From: an uncultured delta proteobacterium | Lineage (GTDB): Bacteria; Desulfobacterota; Desulfuromonadia; Geobacterales; Pseudopelobacteraceae | Reading direction: 5' to 3' | NCBI GenBank assembly: GCA_963772835.1 | Contig: CAVYYZ010000003.1 | Coordinates: 32,001-96,000, forward strand | DNA length: 64,000 bases | Part shown: piece after piece, positions 17,678 to 27,639 of the stretch | Numbering within the stretch: position 1 is the stretch's first letter | Layout: every line of letters starts with the position of its first letter | Made by a program: the position numbers and the translations under genes | Notes under the pieces: model-generated | The model's input: only the letters and a program-made list of their open reading frames with translations | Told to the model about the DNA's origin: nothing | The model's database searches: none

Positions 17678-20374
17678 ATGACAGATAAAATTTTTTTTGC
17701 CGGCATGTCCGGAGAAGGGTTTGATTCTCTTTACAAACAGTGGCAAGATTCAGCCGATTCAGTTCCGGCAGAATGGCGGCACTTCCTGTCGGGTTTTGAG
17801 CTTGGTTTGGATAGAGAGTCTTCCAGTATCGGGCGCTGTGACGAGCAAGAGGCTCTGAAGCTGTCGGGTGTTCAATCCCTTATCTATCGTTACCGTTCCA
17901 TTGGCCATCTCCTGGCATGTACCGACCCTCTCTCTCCCTGCCTGTTATCTCATCCTCTGCTTGATCTCTCCAACTTCGGACTTGATGAAAATGATCTCGA
18001 TACCGTCTTCGCCTGCCGGCGGTTTCTGAAGCCACGCGCTACATTACGAGAGGTTCTGGATACTTTGAGTGAGACATATTGCCGGGATGCCGGTGTTGAA
18101 TTCATGCATATTCAGGATCCGGATGAACGGCAGTGGCTGATAGACCGTATGGAGCCGTGTCGAAATCATCCCGTTTTCTCAGTTGCTGAAAAATTGCATA
18201 TTCTTGAAAAACTCCATCAAGCCGCTTTATTTGAACTGTTTCTGCATCGCAGGTTTGTCGGACAGAAGCGGTTTTCGCTTGAAGGGGGTGAAATTCTCAT
18301 TCCGGTTCTGGATCGCATTATTCGCGGCTGTCCGGTAGTAGGGGTCAGTGATGTCGTGATAGGTATGTCGCATCGCGGCAGATTGAATGTGCTGGCACAT
18401 ATTTTGGGCAAGCCGTATGAAACACTTTTTGCAGAGTTTAAAGAAAGTATTTCACAGGGTTTTCTGGGAGATGGTGATGTGAAGTATCACAAGGGGCATT
18501 CTTGTGATATTGAACTTGACGGTTACCAGGTACATGTGACTATTGCAGCAAATCCGAGCCATCTTGAAGCGGTCAATTCCGTTGTTGAGGGCAAATGCCG
18601 AGCCAGACAGGACAGTTACGGTGATAAAGGCACCGGCCTGGTGCTCCCGGTTCTGATCCATGGAGATGCGGCATTCGCAGGGCAGGGCAATATAATGGAA
18701 GTTCTCAACATGTCGCAACTGGAAGGCTACGGCACTGGTGGAACGATTCATGTTGTGCTTAATAATCAGATCGGTTTTACAACGCTTCCCAAAGACTCCC
18801 GTTCCACATGCTATGCCACGGATGTTGCAAAAATGCTGTCGTGTCCGATTTTTCATGTTCAGGGCGAAGCGCCGGAAGCCGCGCTTCATGCCGTTGATCT
18901 TGCAATGGAATATCGACAGACGTTTCGTCGGGATGTTGTGATTGAGTTGATCTGTTACCGCCGGCACGGTCACAACGAAGGAGATGAACCGGCGTTCACT
19001 CAGCCGAAAATGTATCAGCAGATCGCACGCCGTCCCTCTGTAAACCGGATCTACGAGGCAGTTCTGGCGGAAGAAGAGTCGGCATCCCCGGAGACGTTGG
19101 AGCTCCTTGAGCGGCGGGTCAGTGAAGCATTGGAAGCCTCTTTCAATAGACCCCCGGTGGTTGAGCCTGCCGGTTTTTCTGATCGGTGGAGTACCATCAG
19201 TTCCGAATACAGTGACAAGCCGGTTGAAACTGCGGTGTCCGCTGAAAAAATGGTAACTATTGCGCGTCGGTTGGCCGCTCTCCCTTCCGGTTTTATACCG
19301 CACGCAAAAATCGGCACTCTTATTCAGAAGCGTTTTGAGGCAGTTCTTAAAGGGGAGGGGATCGATTGGGGGAATGCAGAATCTCTCGCATATGCGACAC
19401 TGCTCGACCAAGGATTTTCAGTGCGGATATCCGGTCAGGATTCCCGCCGCGGAACCTTTAATCATCGGCATTGTGTTGTGATCGACATTCACGACGAGCG
19501 GAACTATGTACCGCTGGAAACCGTTGTTCAGGATGGCGCCGGTTTTCAGGCATGGAACAGCCTGCTCTCAGAATTTGGCGTGCTTGGCTTCGAATATGGC
19601 TATTCACTGGAAACGCCGCACTGCCTCACGATCTGGGAAGCCCAGTTCGGGGATTTTGCCAATGGTGCACAGGTTATCATAGATCAATTCATTGCCAGCG
19701 GAGAAAGTAAGTGGAATCGTGCCAGCGGCCTGGTCCTGTTACTTCCTCACGGGTATGAGGGACAGGGCGCCGAACATTCCAGCGCGCGGATCGAACGCTA
19801 TCTGCAGCTCTGTGCGTCTGAAAACATGATTGTGGTGTATCCGTCCACTCCCGTGCAGATGTTCCACCTGCTGAGGCGTCAGATGCTGCACTCTTTTCGA
19901 AAACCACTGGTGGTGTTTACTCCAAAGAGTCTTCTGCGTTATCCGGATTGCAGCTCAACCGTTGCCGAATTCTGCGCCGGTACATTCCAGACCTGTATAG
20001 CTCCCTCCGGAGATTTATCTGTCGCCCGGCAGGTCTTGTTCTGCAGTGGCAAAATATATTATGAACTCGAGGAGGAGCGTGTCCGGAAAGAGAAAAACGA
20101 TACAGTCATAGTCCGGATTGAGCAGTTATATCCGCTGGACCGCACAGCAGTCAGGAGCATCATTGAACTGTGCGGAGCGGACTGCCGGCTGTATTGGGTT
20201 CAGGAGGAACCGGAAAATATGGGAGCCTGGCAGCATATTGAGCGGAATTTCAAACATCTCTCCATCACTATCGAGTATATCGGCCGTGCAGAAGATTCCT
20301 GTCCAGCTGTTGGATCTCACCATATCCATGCAGAACAGCAGGCGGAAATATTGAAAAAGGCATTTTCAGCATAG
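17678..20374 (+). CDS. sucA: 2-oxoglutarate dehydrogenase E1 component
   Basis: KRFSLEGG, GMSHRGRLN, GDVKYH, NPSHLE, HGDAAFAGQG...NNQIGFTT, RRHGHNE, WEAQFGDF, GAEHSSAR. Confidence 0.96.
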   Translation: MTDKIFFAGMSGEGFDSLYKQWQDSADSVPAEWRHFLSGFELGLDRESSSIGRCDEQEALKLSGVQSLIYRYRSIGHLLACTDPLSPCLLSHPLLDLSNFGLDENDLDTVFACRRFLKPRATLREVLDTLSETYCRDAGVEFMHIQDPDERQWLIDRMEPCRNHPVFSVAEKLHILEKLHQAALFELFLHRRFVGQKRFSLEGGEILIPVLDRIIRGCPVVGVSDVVIGMSHRGRLNVLAHILGKPYETLFAEFKESISQGFLGDGDVKYHKGHSCDIELDGYQVHVTIAANPSHLEAVNSVVEGKCRARQDSYGDKGTGLVLPVLIHGDAAFAGQGNIMEVLNMSQLEGYGTGGTIHVVLNNQIGFTTLPKDSRSTCYATDVAKMLSCPIFHVQGEAPEAALHAVDLAMEYRQTFRRDVVIELICYRRHGHNEGDEPAFTQPKMYQQIARRPSVNRIYEAVLAEEESASPETLELLERRVSEALEASFNRPPVVEPAGFSDRWSTISSEYSDKPVETAVSAEKMVTIARRLAALPSGFIPHAKIGTLIQKRFEAVLKGEGIDWGNAESLAYATLLDQGFSVRISGQDSRRGTFNHRHCVVIDIHDERNYVPLETVVQDGAGFQAWNSLLSEFGVLGFEYGYSLETPHCLTIWEAQFGDFANGAQVIIDQFIASGESKWNRASGLVLLLPHGYEGQGAEHSSARIERYLQLCASENMIVVYPSTPVQMFHLLRRQMLHSFRKPLVVFTPKSLLRYPDCSSTVAEFCAGTFQTCIAPSGDLSVARQVLFCSGKIYYELEEERVRKEKNDTVIVRIEQLYPLDRTAVRSIIELCGADCRLYWVQEEPENMGAWQHIERNFKHLSITIEYIGRAEDSCPAVGSHHIHAEQQAEILKKAFSA

Positions 20375-20415
20375 GTTTAAATGCGCGTTTTTACTGAATC
20401 AGTGCCCCATTGTTG

Positions 20416-20444
20416 TTGACAATTAATGGGAGCCCGTGTACAAA
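20416..20444 (+). promoter_or_regulatory. Candidate sigma70 promoter
   Basis: TTGACA-17 nt-TACAAA upstream of ATG 20471. Confidence 0.55.
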
Positions 20445-20470
20445 AGCACAGATTAATTTAGAGGACGTTC

Positions 20471-22102
20471 ATGCTAAATCTGCTTTTCATATCAGACAGT
20501 CCAAAGGTTGAACACATCAAAAATGTGCTTCAGCCTGTTCTCAAGGTCATTATCGATGTCGTAACCGATTTCGATCACGGCTTGAAGGACGTCTTTGAAA
20601 AACGTCCTACGACGGTCTGCATTCAGGATCAGATTGGCGGAGTTACCGGTGAAAGCGTCGCCAGACACATTCAGATGCTGCTTGGCAGCGGTGCGCCGAC
20701 ATTTATCCTCCTGCACACCGGGAACGGCAAGGCGAGAACAATCAGGGGCCTTTATGAACATCTGATCGATTTAAGCCAGCCAGATGAAATAGTGTCGGAG
20801 CAGATAATAGGCACACTTAAATCGCTGCTCGGTGATCAATGGGAAAGGGTTTATATCCCGCCCAAACAGACGCCGGCTTCACTCAAAGCATCAATAAACG
20901 TCCCTGAAGAAGAGCGTGAAGTTGCCGATAAGTTTGTGGATGATTTCCTGTCCGACTTTGAAACGACCGGTTTTTCTGATGGCGATACCCGGTTTCCCGC
21001 AGCTTCATCTATTGAAACACCCTCTAAAAAAACAACCGGCCCTGAGCTGTTTGCAGCGCCTTCCCATACCGAAATTCCTTTTGGGGCAACAGAGTCAGAT
21101 CATGTCCAGACAACAAGTGATGAATTGGCTGAACTGCTTCTGGCAGAGGTAAGCAAGGCCGCCAAGGAAGTACGACCGTCGACGGAGTCTCCCGACGTGC
21201 CTGCCACCCGTGAAGTTCCTTTCAGTGCAGCCCCAACGCCGAAAATGACTGTTGATGCATCGTCTGCACCTGCCATTCCTGTGCTACCGGGTCCATTAGT
21301 TCCTCCTGTAGGCGGGACACAAAAGAAACCCCTGGCTGTTGTCAAACCAGTCGGCAGGGACGTGACGTCCGATGCAACATCAGGGCCGCGCTCCATGATG
21401 CCTCAGGCACCTGCCAGGCCGGCTAAGCCGGAGGCAACAGTTCCGCCTGCCGCTGCTGAATTCAGAATCAATCAGAATGCCGCACCCGCTGAAGAACATT
21501 TTCCCGAAGAACTTCTTCAGGCATTTGAAGAGAACTATCGCTCAGAGTCTCAGTTTTTGCGGCGCAGCGTTATTGTTGTTCTCGTATGTGCAATCAGCGC
21601 TGCCGGTGCCTGGTACCTTTTCAAACAAAAGCCGCTGTTGATCAGTTCACTGAAACAGCGATTTATGTCTTCTACAGGAGCGACACAATCTCCGGTTGCG
21701 GCTGCAATCCCCGCGCAAACTCCGGTTCCTGTCTCTGTGCCGCCGCCACCTGTGACGCCTCAGTTGCCTGCCTTTATCCCGAAAGATGGCCTGGACACCT
21801 CCTTTTCAGTCAGTAATCCCGGCTGGGAACGATATGTAGGGAAAGATGCAGAATTCAGAATATTCAAGGCATCAGGCAGCATACAGGCGGTGCAGGTTCT
21901 GTCAGTTAAAGATGCGCTTATTCCAGACGTGCTGATTAAATCTGTTCTGAAGGAATGTAACGGAAGTCCGGAATTCCAGATAACCTCCCGAAGTACGAAA
22001 GCCGGGGTGCGTATTGAAAGAGGCAGAACTCTTCCTGGCGGCGATATTATCATCTACCGGAAAGGCGGAGCGGTGACGGCTTTTGTTGTATCAGTAAATT
22101 AG
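20471..22102 (+). CDS. Hypothetical single-pass membrane protein: receiver-like N-terminus, Pro/Ala-rich linker, TM helix, C-terminal domain
   Basis: GAGG RBS; alpha/beta receiver-like pattern (LLFISD...RPTTVCIQDQIGGVTGESV); low-complexity middle; TM VIVVLVCAISAAGAWYLF. Confidence 0.75.
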   Translation: MLNLLFISDSPKVEHIKNVLQPVLKVIIDVVTDFDHGLKDVFEKRPTTVCIQDQIGGVTGESVARHIQMLLGSGAPTFILLHTGNGKARTIRGLYEHLIDLSQPDEIVSEQIIGTLKSLLGDQWERVYIPPKQTPASLKASINVPEEEREVADKFVDDFLSDFETTGFSDGDTRFPAASSIETPSKKTTGPELFAAPSHTEIPFGATESDHVQTTSDELAELLLAEVSKAAKEVRPSTESPDVPATREVPFSAAPTPKMTVDASSAPAIPVLPGPLVPPVGGTQKKPLAVVKPVGRDVTSDATSGPRSMMPQAPARPAKPEATVPPAAAEFRINQNAAPAEEHFPEELLQAFEENYRSESQFLRRSVIVVLVCAISAAGAWYLFKQKPLLISSLKQRFMSSTGATQSPVAAAIPAQTPVPVSVPPPPVTPQLPAFIPKDGLDTSFSVSNPGWERYVGKDAEFRIFKASGSIQAVQVLSVKDALIPDVLIKSVLKECNGSPEFQITSRSTKAGVRIERGRTLPGGDIIIYRKGGAVTAFVVSVN

Positions 22103-22125
22103 TGTTTATTTGGAAACGAACAAAA

Positions 22126-22153
22126 TTGACATTTTCCGGGTGTTCGCTATAAT
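22126..22153 (+). promoter_or_regulatory. Consensus sigma70 promoter
   Basis: Perfect TTGACA (22126-22131), 16-nt spacer, perfect TATAAT (22148-22153). Confidence 0.75.
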
Positions 22154-22205
22154 CCCCCGGAATTCAATGTCCTGCCGGTGTGGTGTACGCCGACCTGGAG
22201 CCAAG

Positions 22206-23753
22206 ATGCCCTTCAACATACATATACGCGGACTATTCGTAACCATGGTTTATGCCAGCCTGCTGCTCTATGCATCCGGTGCGCGTGCGGTCATGGATCC
22301 GCGTTTTGAGCTTGATCCTCAAACATTGCCGGGTTCAAAGAGTACCGTAAAACCCGCGCATGCCGAACGAAAGCGCACTGTCCGCCCCGCACATGTCTCT
22401 CAATCCCCGTCATCGCCTGCCAAAGGCGGTGTTTATACCGTAAAAGCGGGCGATAACCTTTATAAAATATTAATGCGTGATTATGCTTTGGACAACAATG
22501 AAGCGGAGTTGTTTATTGAAGAAATTCGCCGAGAAAATAACATTTATGATATTAAACGTCTCAAAATTGGTCAAAAAATCAGGATTCCTCCGGTCAGGCG
22601 GCACTCTGATGGCACTCTGAAGCTGTTTCAGGCCGTCCGGTCAGATACTATCCGGAGTTCTGACGCATCCGCTGCTCCGGAACAGTCATTCAAACTTGAA
22701 TCCCCGCTTCCGTCTCTTTCTGAGCAGGAAGTGGTCACCAAGACACGCGGTGTTTGGGACAGAATAGTACCGTCAAAAAAAGAGCCCCATAAGCCACTTG
22801 CAATCAATACATCAACTTTTTCTTTAGCTCTTGATCCAGGGCGCTACCCCACATTTTCCAGAATGGATGGCGGACGCATCGTACTGGATCAGAATGGCAC
22901 AATTCCGCCGCTCGTAAAATCATTGATTGAAGGCAACGATGCATCGGTTCGAATTGTGACTGAAGCACCGTCCGGAACGAAGCATTTTATGGCTTCTCTG
23001 CTTGAAGCTGCCGGATTTTACTCTGTTGAAGAAAATTTCAGTATGGAATTCGGTGTTGATCCGAAGCTTACGGTTCAATCCGATTTCAAGGTCGAAAAAA
23101 CGGCTGAAAGTCTTATCAAGCAGGATGTTGTCCTAGTGAACAGTGGCCGCACGCTGCTTCCCCCGTCCCTTGGCGAGTTTCTCAAGAAAGAAGGGTTTTC
23201 ACTCTATGAACCGTTTGCATCTATTAAGCCGTTCGCGCAGCGTGACTCTCGCACGATCCAATACGTATCAGCGAAAAAACAGCCGGAAATGATCGACGCC
23301 ATTTTATCTGCATTTTCTGTTTCATCTGAACGAAATCGAAGTGTCGATGTTTTTGCAACGGACAATAACGGCATCTCCCTGTCGGTAAAAGTTGAACGTT
23401 ATTTTGAACGGGGTGGACAGCGGTTTGTCGTCACCAGCTTTGATGGCGATCCGATTCATTATACCCTGTTCAGGATTCTTGAGACTAAGGGCTATAAGGT
23501 CGTTATTCTGGAAGCCGATGATGATTTTCGTAAAGTATCTGAAAAACTCATTTCACGAATGAATATCAGCGGCACGTTCGCTCAACACAAACTGCTGCAG
23601 GACGGGGCAGCCGGTTATTCGCTGCAGATGTCGGGTTTTAAGCTTGATGACGCATTGCTGCCCGGAGGAGGCATTTTTCTGACGGATCGGGCTATGGATC
23701 GTATTGTCAGAGATCTGTTTACGGAAAATGGATATAACATCAACATCCGGTGA
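22206..23753 (+). CDS. Secreted LysM peptidoglycan-binding domain protein
   Basis: GGAG before ATG 22206, downstream of the promoter; signal peptide; YTVKAGDNLYKI...NNIYDIKRLKIGQKIRIP. Confidence 0.82.
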   Translation: MPFNIHIRGLFVTMVYASLLLYASGARAVMDPRFELDPQTLPGSKSTVKPAHAERKRTVRPAHVSQSPSSPAKGGVYTVKAGDNLYKILMRDYALDNNEAELFIEEIRRENNIYDIKRLKIGQKIRIPPVRRHSDGTLKLFQAVRSDTIRSSDASAAPEQSFKLESPLPSLSEQEVVTKTRGVWDRIVPSKKEPHKPLAINTSTFSLALDPGRYPTFSRMDGGRIVLDQNGTIPPLVKSLIEGNDASVRIVTEAPSGTKHFMASLLEAAGFYSVEENFSMEFGVDPKLTVQSDFKVEKTAESLIKQDVVLVNSGRTLLPPSLGEFLKKEGFSLYEPFASIKPFAQRDSRTIQYVSAKKQPEMIDAILSAFSVSSERNRSVDVFATDNNGISLSVKVERYFERGGQRFVVTSFDGDPIHYTLFRILETKGYKVVILEADDDFRKVSEKLISRMNISGTFAQHKLLQDGAAGYSLQMSGFKLDDALLPGGGIFLTDRAMDRIVRDLFTENGYNINIR

Positions 23754-23883
23754 AACCGTTTTACTTTATCGATTAATCTGCTATAACGCTCGTACCTTGT
23801 TAAAGGGCGGGCGTTTTTTTCGTTCGCGGTCTTCCGGGACTCCGGATGAAGCACTTCTTATCGGATAGATTGGTTCAGGGAGC

Positions 23884-25824
23884 ATGTTGGATATGAGTGT
23901 GAAAAAAGTTGGCGAACTGCTTATAGAGCAAAAACTGATTTCTCAGGAGCAATTGTTGGAGGCGCTTGATCTTCAGAATGTGTTTCCTGATCAGCCGGTC
24001 GGGCAGTTGCTTTGCAAGCTCGGCTTTATAAAAGAAAGTGATCTCAGTTTTGTCCTCGACCAGAAAAATAAGCGTCGCAAACTGACCGACATTCTTCTGT
24101 CTGGCGGCCTTATTGACCAGCAGAAATTATCCCATGCACGTGAGGTTGGCAAACAAAACGACATATCTCTTGAAAAAGCGCTGCTGAAGCTGAATTATGT
24201 TGATGAAGAGAGCCTTTCAAAAACGGTTGCAAGCCAGTATGACATGCCGTATGTACAGATCAATACACAGGACCTCGATCATACTCTTTCCCGTTACATT
24301 AGTGCTGTATACGCCCAAAAACAGCGCATTGCCCCTATTTCAAAAATCGGCAACACGCTTACACTTGCGATGGCTCATCCTCTTAAGTCACATGACATCC
24401 GTGAACTCGAAGACAGTATCCGGCTCAGGATTATTTCTGCCATTGCAACTGAAACAAACATCGCCAGGTCTCTCAAGCGGCTGTATAATATTGATACTGC
24501 AAACACAATATCGGCTCTCGATGAGGTTAATCTCGATCTTGTTCCTGACAGTATCGTTGATCTGTTGAGTAAAACCCCGACGAGTGAAGAACCGGACGTC
24601 GAGGAGGAAACTAAAAAAGTTACTGAAAAAGACAGCGTGATTGTCAAGCTGGTCAATAAAATCATTTATGATGCGTACATGAATAAGGCTTCAGATATCC
24701 ACATTGAACCGTATCCAGGAAAAAAAGATGTTGTCGTCCGTACCAGAGTCGATGGCCAGTGTTCTATTTACCAAAGGATTCCCTATAAGTATAAATTTGC
24801 TCTCCCTTCACGCATCAAAATAATGGGTGAATTAGATATTGCAGAACGGAGAAAACCGCAGGACGGGAAAATAGATTTCAAAAAGTTCGGACCGCTTGAT
24901 ATTGAACTTCGAGTTGCAACCATGCCGACGGTTGGAGGTCTTGAGGACGTAGTTATACGCGTTCTTGCAAGTGGAGATCCTATAGGATTCAATGATCTCG
25001 GCCTGACTGAACGTAATTTGCGGATTTTTAATGAATCACTCGCGCGGCCTCATGGGCTTATTCTGGTTGTCGGGCCCACCGGGTCCGGTAAAACAACCAC
25101 ACTGCATTCCGGACTTGCCCAGATAAATCAGACAAATCGTAAAATATGGACGGCGGAAGATCCTGTGGAAATTACTCAGGTCGGGCTCCGCCAGGTCCAG
25201 GTAAATCCACGTATCGGTTTTACTTTTGCCGTTGCGCTTCGCTCGTTTCTCCGACTTGACCCGGATGTCATCATGGTGGGCGAAATGCGCGATGAGGAAA
25301 CCGCCAGTACTGCGGTTGAGGCATCACTGACCGGGCATCTGGTTTTGTCCACACTTCATACAAACTCAGCGCCGGAAACGGTAACCCGTCTGCTCGAAAT
25401 GGGTCTTGACCCGTACAGTTTTTCCGATTCACTTGTCTGTATACTGGCACAGCGACTTGCGCGCAGGCTCTGCACGGATTGCAGGGAAAGTTTTCATCCA
25501 TCTGAAGCTGAATATGAGGAGCTGGTCGATGAATACGGCAGAACCGAGTTTGCCAATACCGGGCTGGGCTATGCGGATGTCGGAATGTTCCGGGCGATCG
25601 GATGTGAACGATGCGGCCATTCCGGTTATCGAGGCAGGCTCGGTATTCACGAGGTCCTCGAATGTACAAATCCTCTCAAAAGTCTCATCAAGCGCCGGGC
25701 AGACACAGATCATGTCCGCGAGCAGGCCTCCCGTGACGGCATGACTACGCTAAAGCAGGATGGTATACGTAAGGTGCTTTTCGGCCTTACGGATATTCAT
25801 GAAGTACGTCGAGTCTGCATATAA
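23884..25824 (+). CDS. GspE/PulE/PilB family secretion ATPase with N-terminal MshEN-like repeats
   Basis: ASDIHIEP, ERRKPQDG, GPTGSGKTTT, EDPVE, DPDVIMVGEMRD, TGHLVLSTLH, tetra-Cys motif CTDC...CERC. Confidence 0.93.
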   Translation: MLDMSVKKVGELLIEQKLISQEQLLEALDLQNVFPDQPVGQLLCKLGFIKESDLSFVLDQKNKRRKLTDILLSGGLIDQQKLSHAREVGKQNDISLEKALLKLNYVDEESLSKTVASQYDMPYVQINTQDLDHTLSRYISAVYAQKQRIAPISKIGNTLTLAMAHPLKSHDIRELEDSIRLRIISAIATETNIARSLKRLYNIDTANTISALDEVNLDLVPDSIVDLLSKTPTSEEPDVEEETKKVTEKDSVIVKLVNKIIYDAYMNKASDIHIEPYPGKKDVVVRTRVDGQCSIYQRIPYKYKFALPSRIKIMGELDIAERRKPQDGKIDFKKFGPLDIELRVATMPTVGGLEDVVIRVLASGDPIGFNDLGLTERNLRIFNESLARPHGLILVVGPTGSGKTTTLHSGLAQINQTNRKIWTAEDPVEITQVGLRQVQVNPRIGFTFAVALRSFLRLDPDVIMVGEMRDEETASTAVEASLTGHLVLSTLHTNSAPETVTRLLEMGLDPYSFSDSLVCILAQRLARRLCTDCRESFHPSEAEYEELVDEYGRTEFANTGLGYADVGMFRAIGCERCGHSGYRGRLGIHEVLECTNPLKSLIKRRADTDHVREQASRDGMTTLKQDGIRKVLFGLTDIHEVRRVCI

Positions 25825-25848
25825 TAACCGTTTGGCGTAAAAATATGC

Positions 25849-25931
25849 TTGCATTCCTGACATCAGCATGGTAGGTAGAAACACAATTTATGTTCACTCA
25901 GTACGTGAGCTCGCAAGGCTCACTTTTTTTT
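25849..25931 (+). promoter_or_regulatory. rimP-nusA operon promoter and terminator-like leader hairpin
   Basis: TTGCAT-17-TAGGTA, then GTGAGC-TCGCAAG-GCTCAC followed by a T run (25905-25931). Confidence 0.6.
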
Positions 25932-25949
25932 GTCTAATCGGGTAGGATT

Positions 25950-26435
25950 ATGGCCGCTCAAAAAGAAGATACATGCACAGTTGTCAGCGCTATTGCGCAG
26001 CCGATTCTCGAATCAATGGGACTTGAGCTGGTTGATATTGAATTTGGAAGAGTCGGCCCGGATGCAGTATTACGCCTGTTTATTGATAAAGATGGCGGCG
26101 TGTTGCTCGACGACTGCGCCGGACTTAGCCGTGAGTTATCGATGATCCTCGACGTTGAGGATGTTATTGCCTGCAATTATACCCTGGAAGTTTCGTCACC
26201 GGGTCTTGACCGCCCGCTTAAAAAGCAGAGTGATTATGACCGCTTTGTGGGCCGCACCATTAAAGTTCGTACGTATCAACCTTTTCTTGATGATAGCGGA
26301 AATAAACGCAAAACTTTTCTCGGAAAACTCGAAGGACTTGTCGCCGGTGTTGTAAGAATGACGCTGACAGAGGGGCAAACCGCTTCCATTCCGATTGAGC
26401 AGGTCGCCAAAGCCAATCTTGAATTTGAACTCTGA
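25950..26435 (+). CDS. rimP: Ribosome maturation factor RimP
   Basis: LRLFIDK, DDC, YTLEVSSPGLDRPL; directly upstream of nusA. Confidence 0.97.
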   Translation: MAAQKEDTCTVVSAIAQPILESMGLELVDIEFGRVGPDAVLRLFIDKDGGVLLDDCAGLSRELSMILDVEDVIACNYTLEVSSPGLDRPLKKQSDYDRFVGRTIKVRTYQPFLDDSGNKRKTFLGKLEGLVAGVVRMTLTEGQTASIPIEQVAKANLEFEL

Positions 26436-26473
26436 TCTGAAATACCCATATATACCAGCAAGGAGAAGTCATC

Positions 26474-27631
26474 GTGGATACAACAATTAATCTTAAGCAT
26501 GCTATTGACCAACTTGTAAAAGAGAAGGGCATTGACCGTCTGGTTGTACTGGAAGCGATGGAACAGGCGGTTCTAACGGCCGCTAATAAAAAATACCGCA
26601 ATACCCGCGATCTTGAAGCTCATTACAACCATGAATCCGGTGAAGTTGAACTTTTTGAGTTTGTCACAGTTGTGGAAGAGGTTGAGGATTCCTACAAGGA
26701 AATCGGTCTTGATGAAGCTCACGAGATAGACCCTGAAGCCGAAATCGGCGATTCGCTTGGCGAGAAGCTGGACGCAAGTGGTTTCAGCCGTATTGCCGCT
26801 CAAACGGCAAAACAGGTTATCATTCAAAAAGTGCGCGACGCCGAGCGTGAAACAATTTATAACGAATACCGGGATCGTGTCTGGGAAGTTATTACCGGCA
26901 TGGTGCGGCGTTTTGAAAAAGGTGAGCTTCTTATTGATCTGGGACGTGCCGAGGCGGTTTTGCCCGCCAAGGAACAGATGCCTCGTGAAGTATATCGTCC
27001 CGGGGATCGTATTCGTGCAATAATTACCGATATTCGCATGACCACTAAAGGTCCTCAGATTATGCTTTCGCGTACTCATCCAAGCATGCTTGCCAAGCTT
27101 TTTGAGGCTGAAGTTCCTGAGATCGCCGAAGGTATCGTTGAAATTAATGCTATTGTACGTGATGCCGGCAGTCGTGCTAAAATTGCCGTCTCATCAAATG
27201 ATCGCGATGTCGATCCGGTTGGCGCCTGCGTCGGCATGCGAGGGTCACGTGTCCAGAATGTAGTTTCTGAGCTGCGTGGTGAAAAAATTGATATTATTCC
27301 CTGGTCAGAGGATATTGCCCGCTTTGCCTGTAATGCTCTTTCACCGGCACAGGTTTCTAAAGTGTTTGTGGATGAGGAGAAGCGTGCCCTCGAAATCATT
27401 GTAGCAGATGACCAACTCTCGCTCGCTATCGGTAAGCGTGGTCAGAATGTCAGTCTGGCTGCACGCCTGACCGGATGCAGAATTGATATCAAGAGCGAAT
27501 CAAAAGTTGCAGAGCCTGAGCAGGTACAGGAATTTTCATCCTTTGACGGCACTGATGCTGAAGAAGAGCCGGTTCAGGAACAGGATGCCGCTGCCGTTAC
27601 CGATAATGGCCCCGAAGCGGTTGCCGAGTAA
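26474..27631 (+). CDS. nusA: Transcription factor NusA
   Basis: RIAAQTAKQVI, DPVGACVGMRGSRV, LSLAIGKRGQNV. Confidence 0.98.
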   Translation: MDTTINLKHAIDQLVKEKGIDRLVVLEAMEQAVLTAANKKYRNTRDLEAHYNHESGEVELFEFVTVVEEVEDSYKEIGLDEAHEIDPEAEIGDSLGEKLDASGFSRIAAQTAKQVIIQKVRDAERETIYNEYRDRVWEVITGMVRRFEKGELLIDLGRAEAVLPAKEQMPREVYRPGDRIRAIITDIRMTTKGPQIMLSRTHPSMLAKLFEAEVPEIAEGIVEINAIVRDAGSRAKIAVSSNDRDVDPVGACVGMRGSRVQNVVSELRGEKIDIIPWSEDIARFACNALSPAQVSKVFVDEEKRALEIIVADDQLSLAIGKRGQNVSLAARLTGCRIDIKSESKVAEPEQVQEFSSFDGTDAEEEPVQEQDAAAVTDNGPEAVAE

Positions 27632-27639
27632 TACCGTAT

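Noticed and set aside
18452..19411. 319-aa minus-strand ORF
   Set aside because: Antisense shadow of sucA with no recognisable motifs.
22110..22205. Longer start for the LysM gene
   Set aside because: A consensus promoter lies inside it; ATG 22206 has an RBS and a signal peptide.
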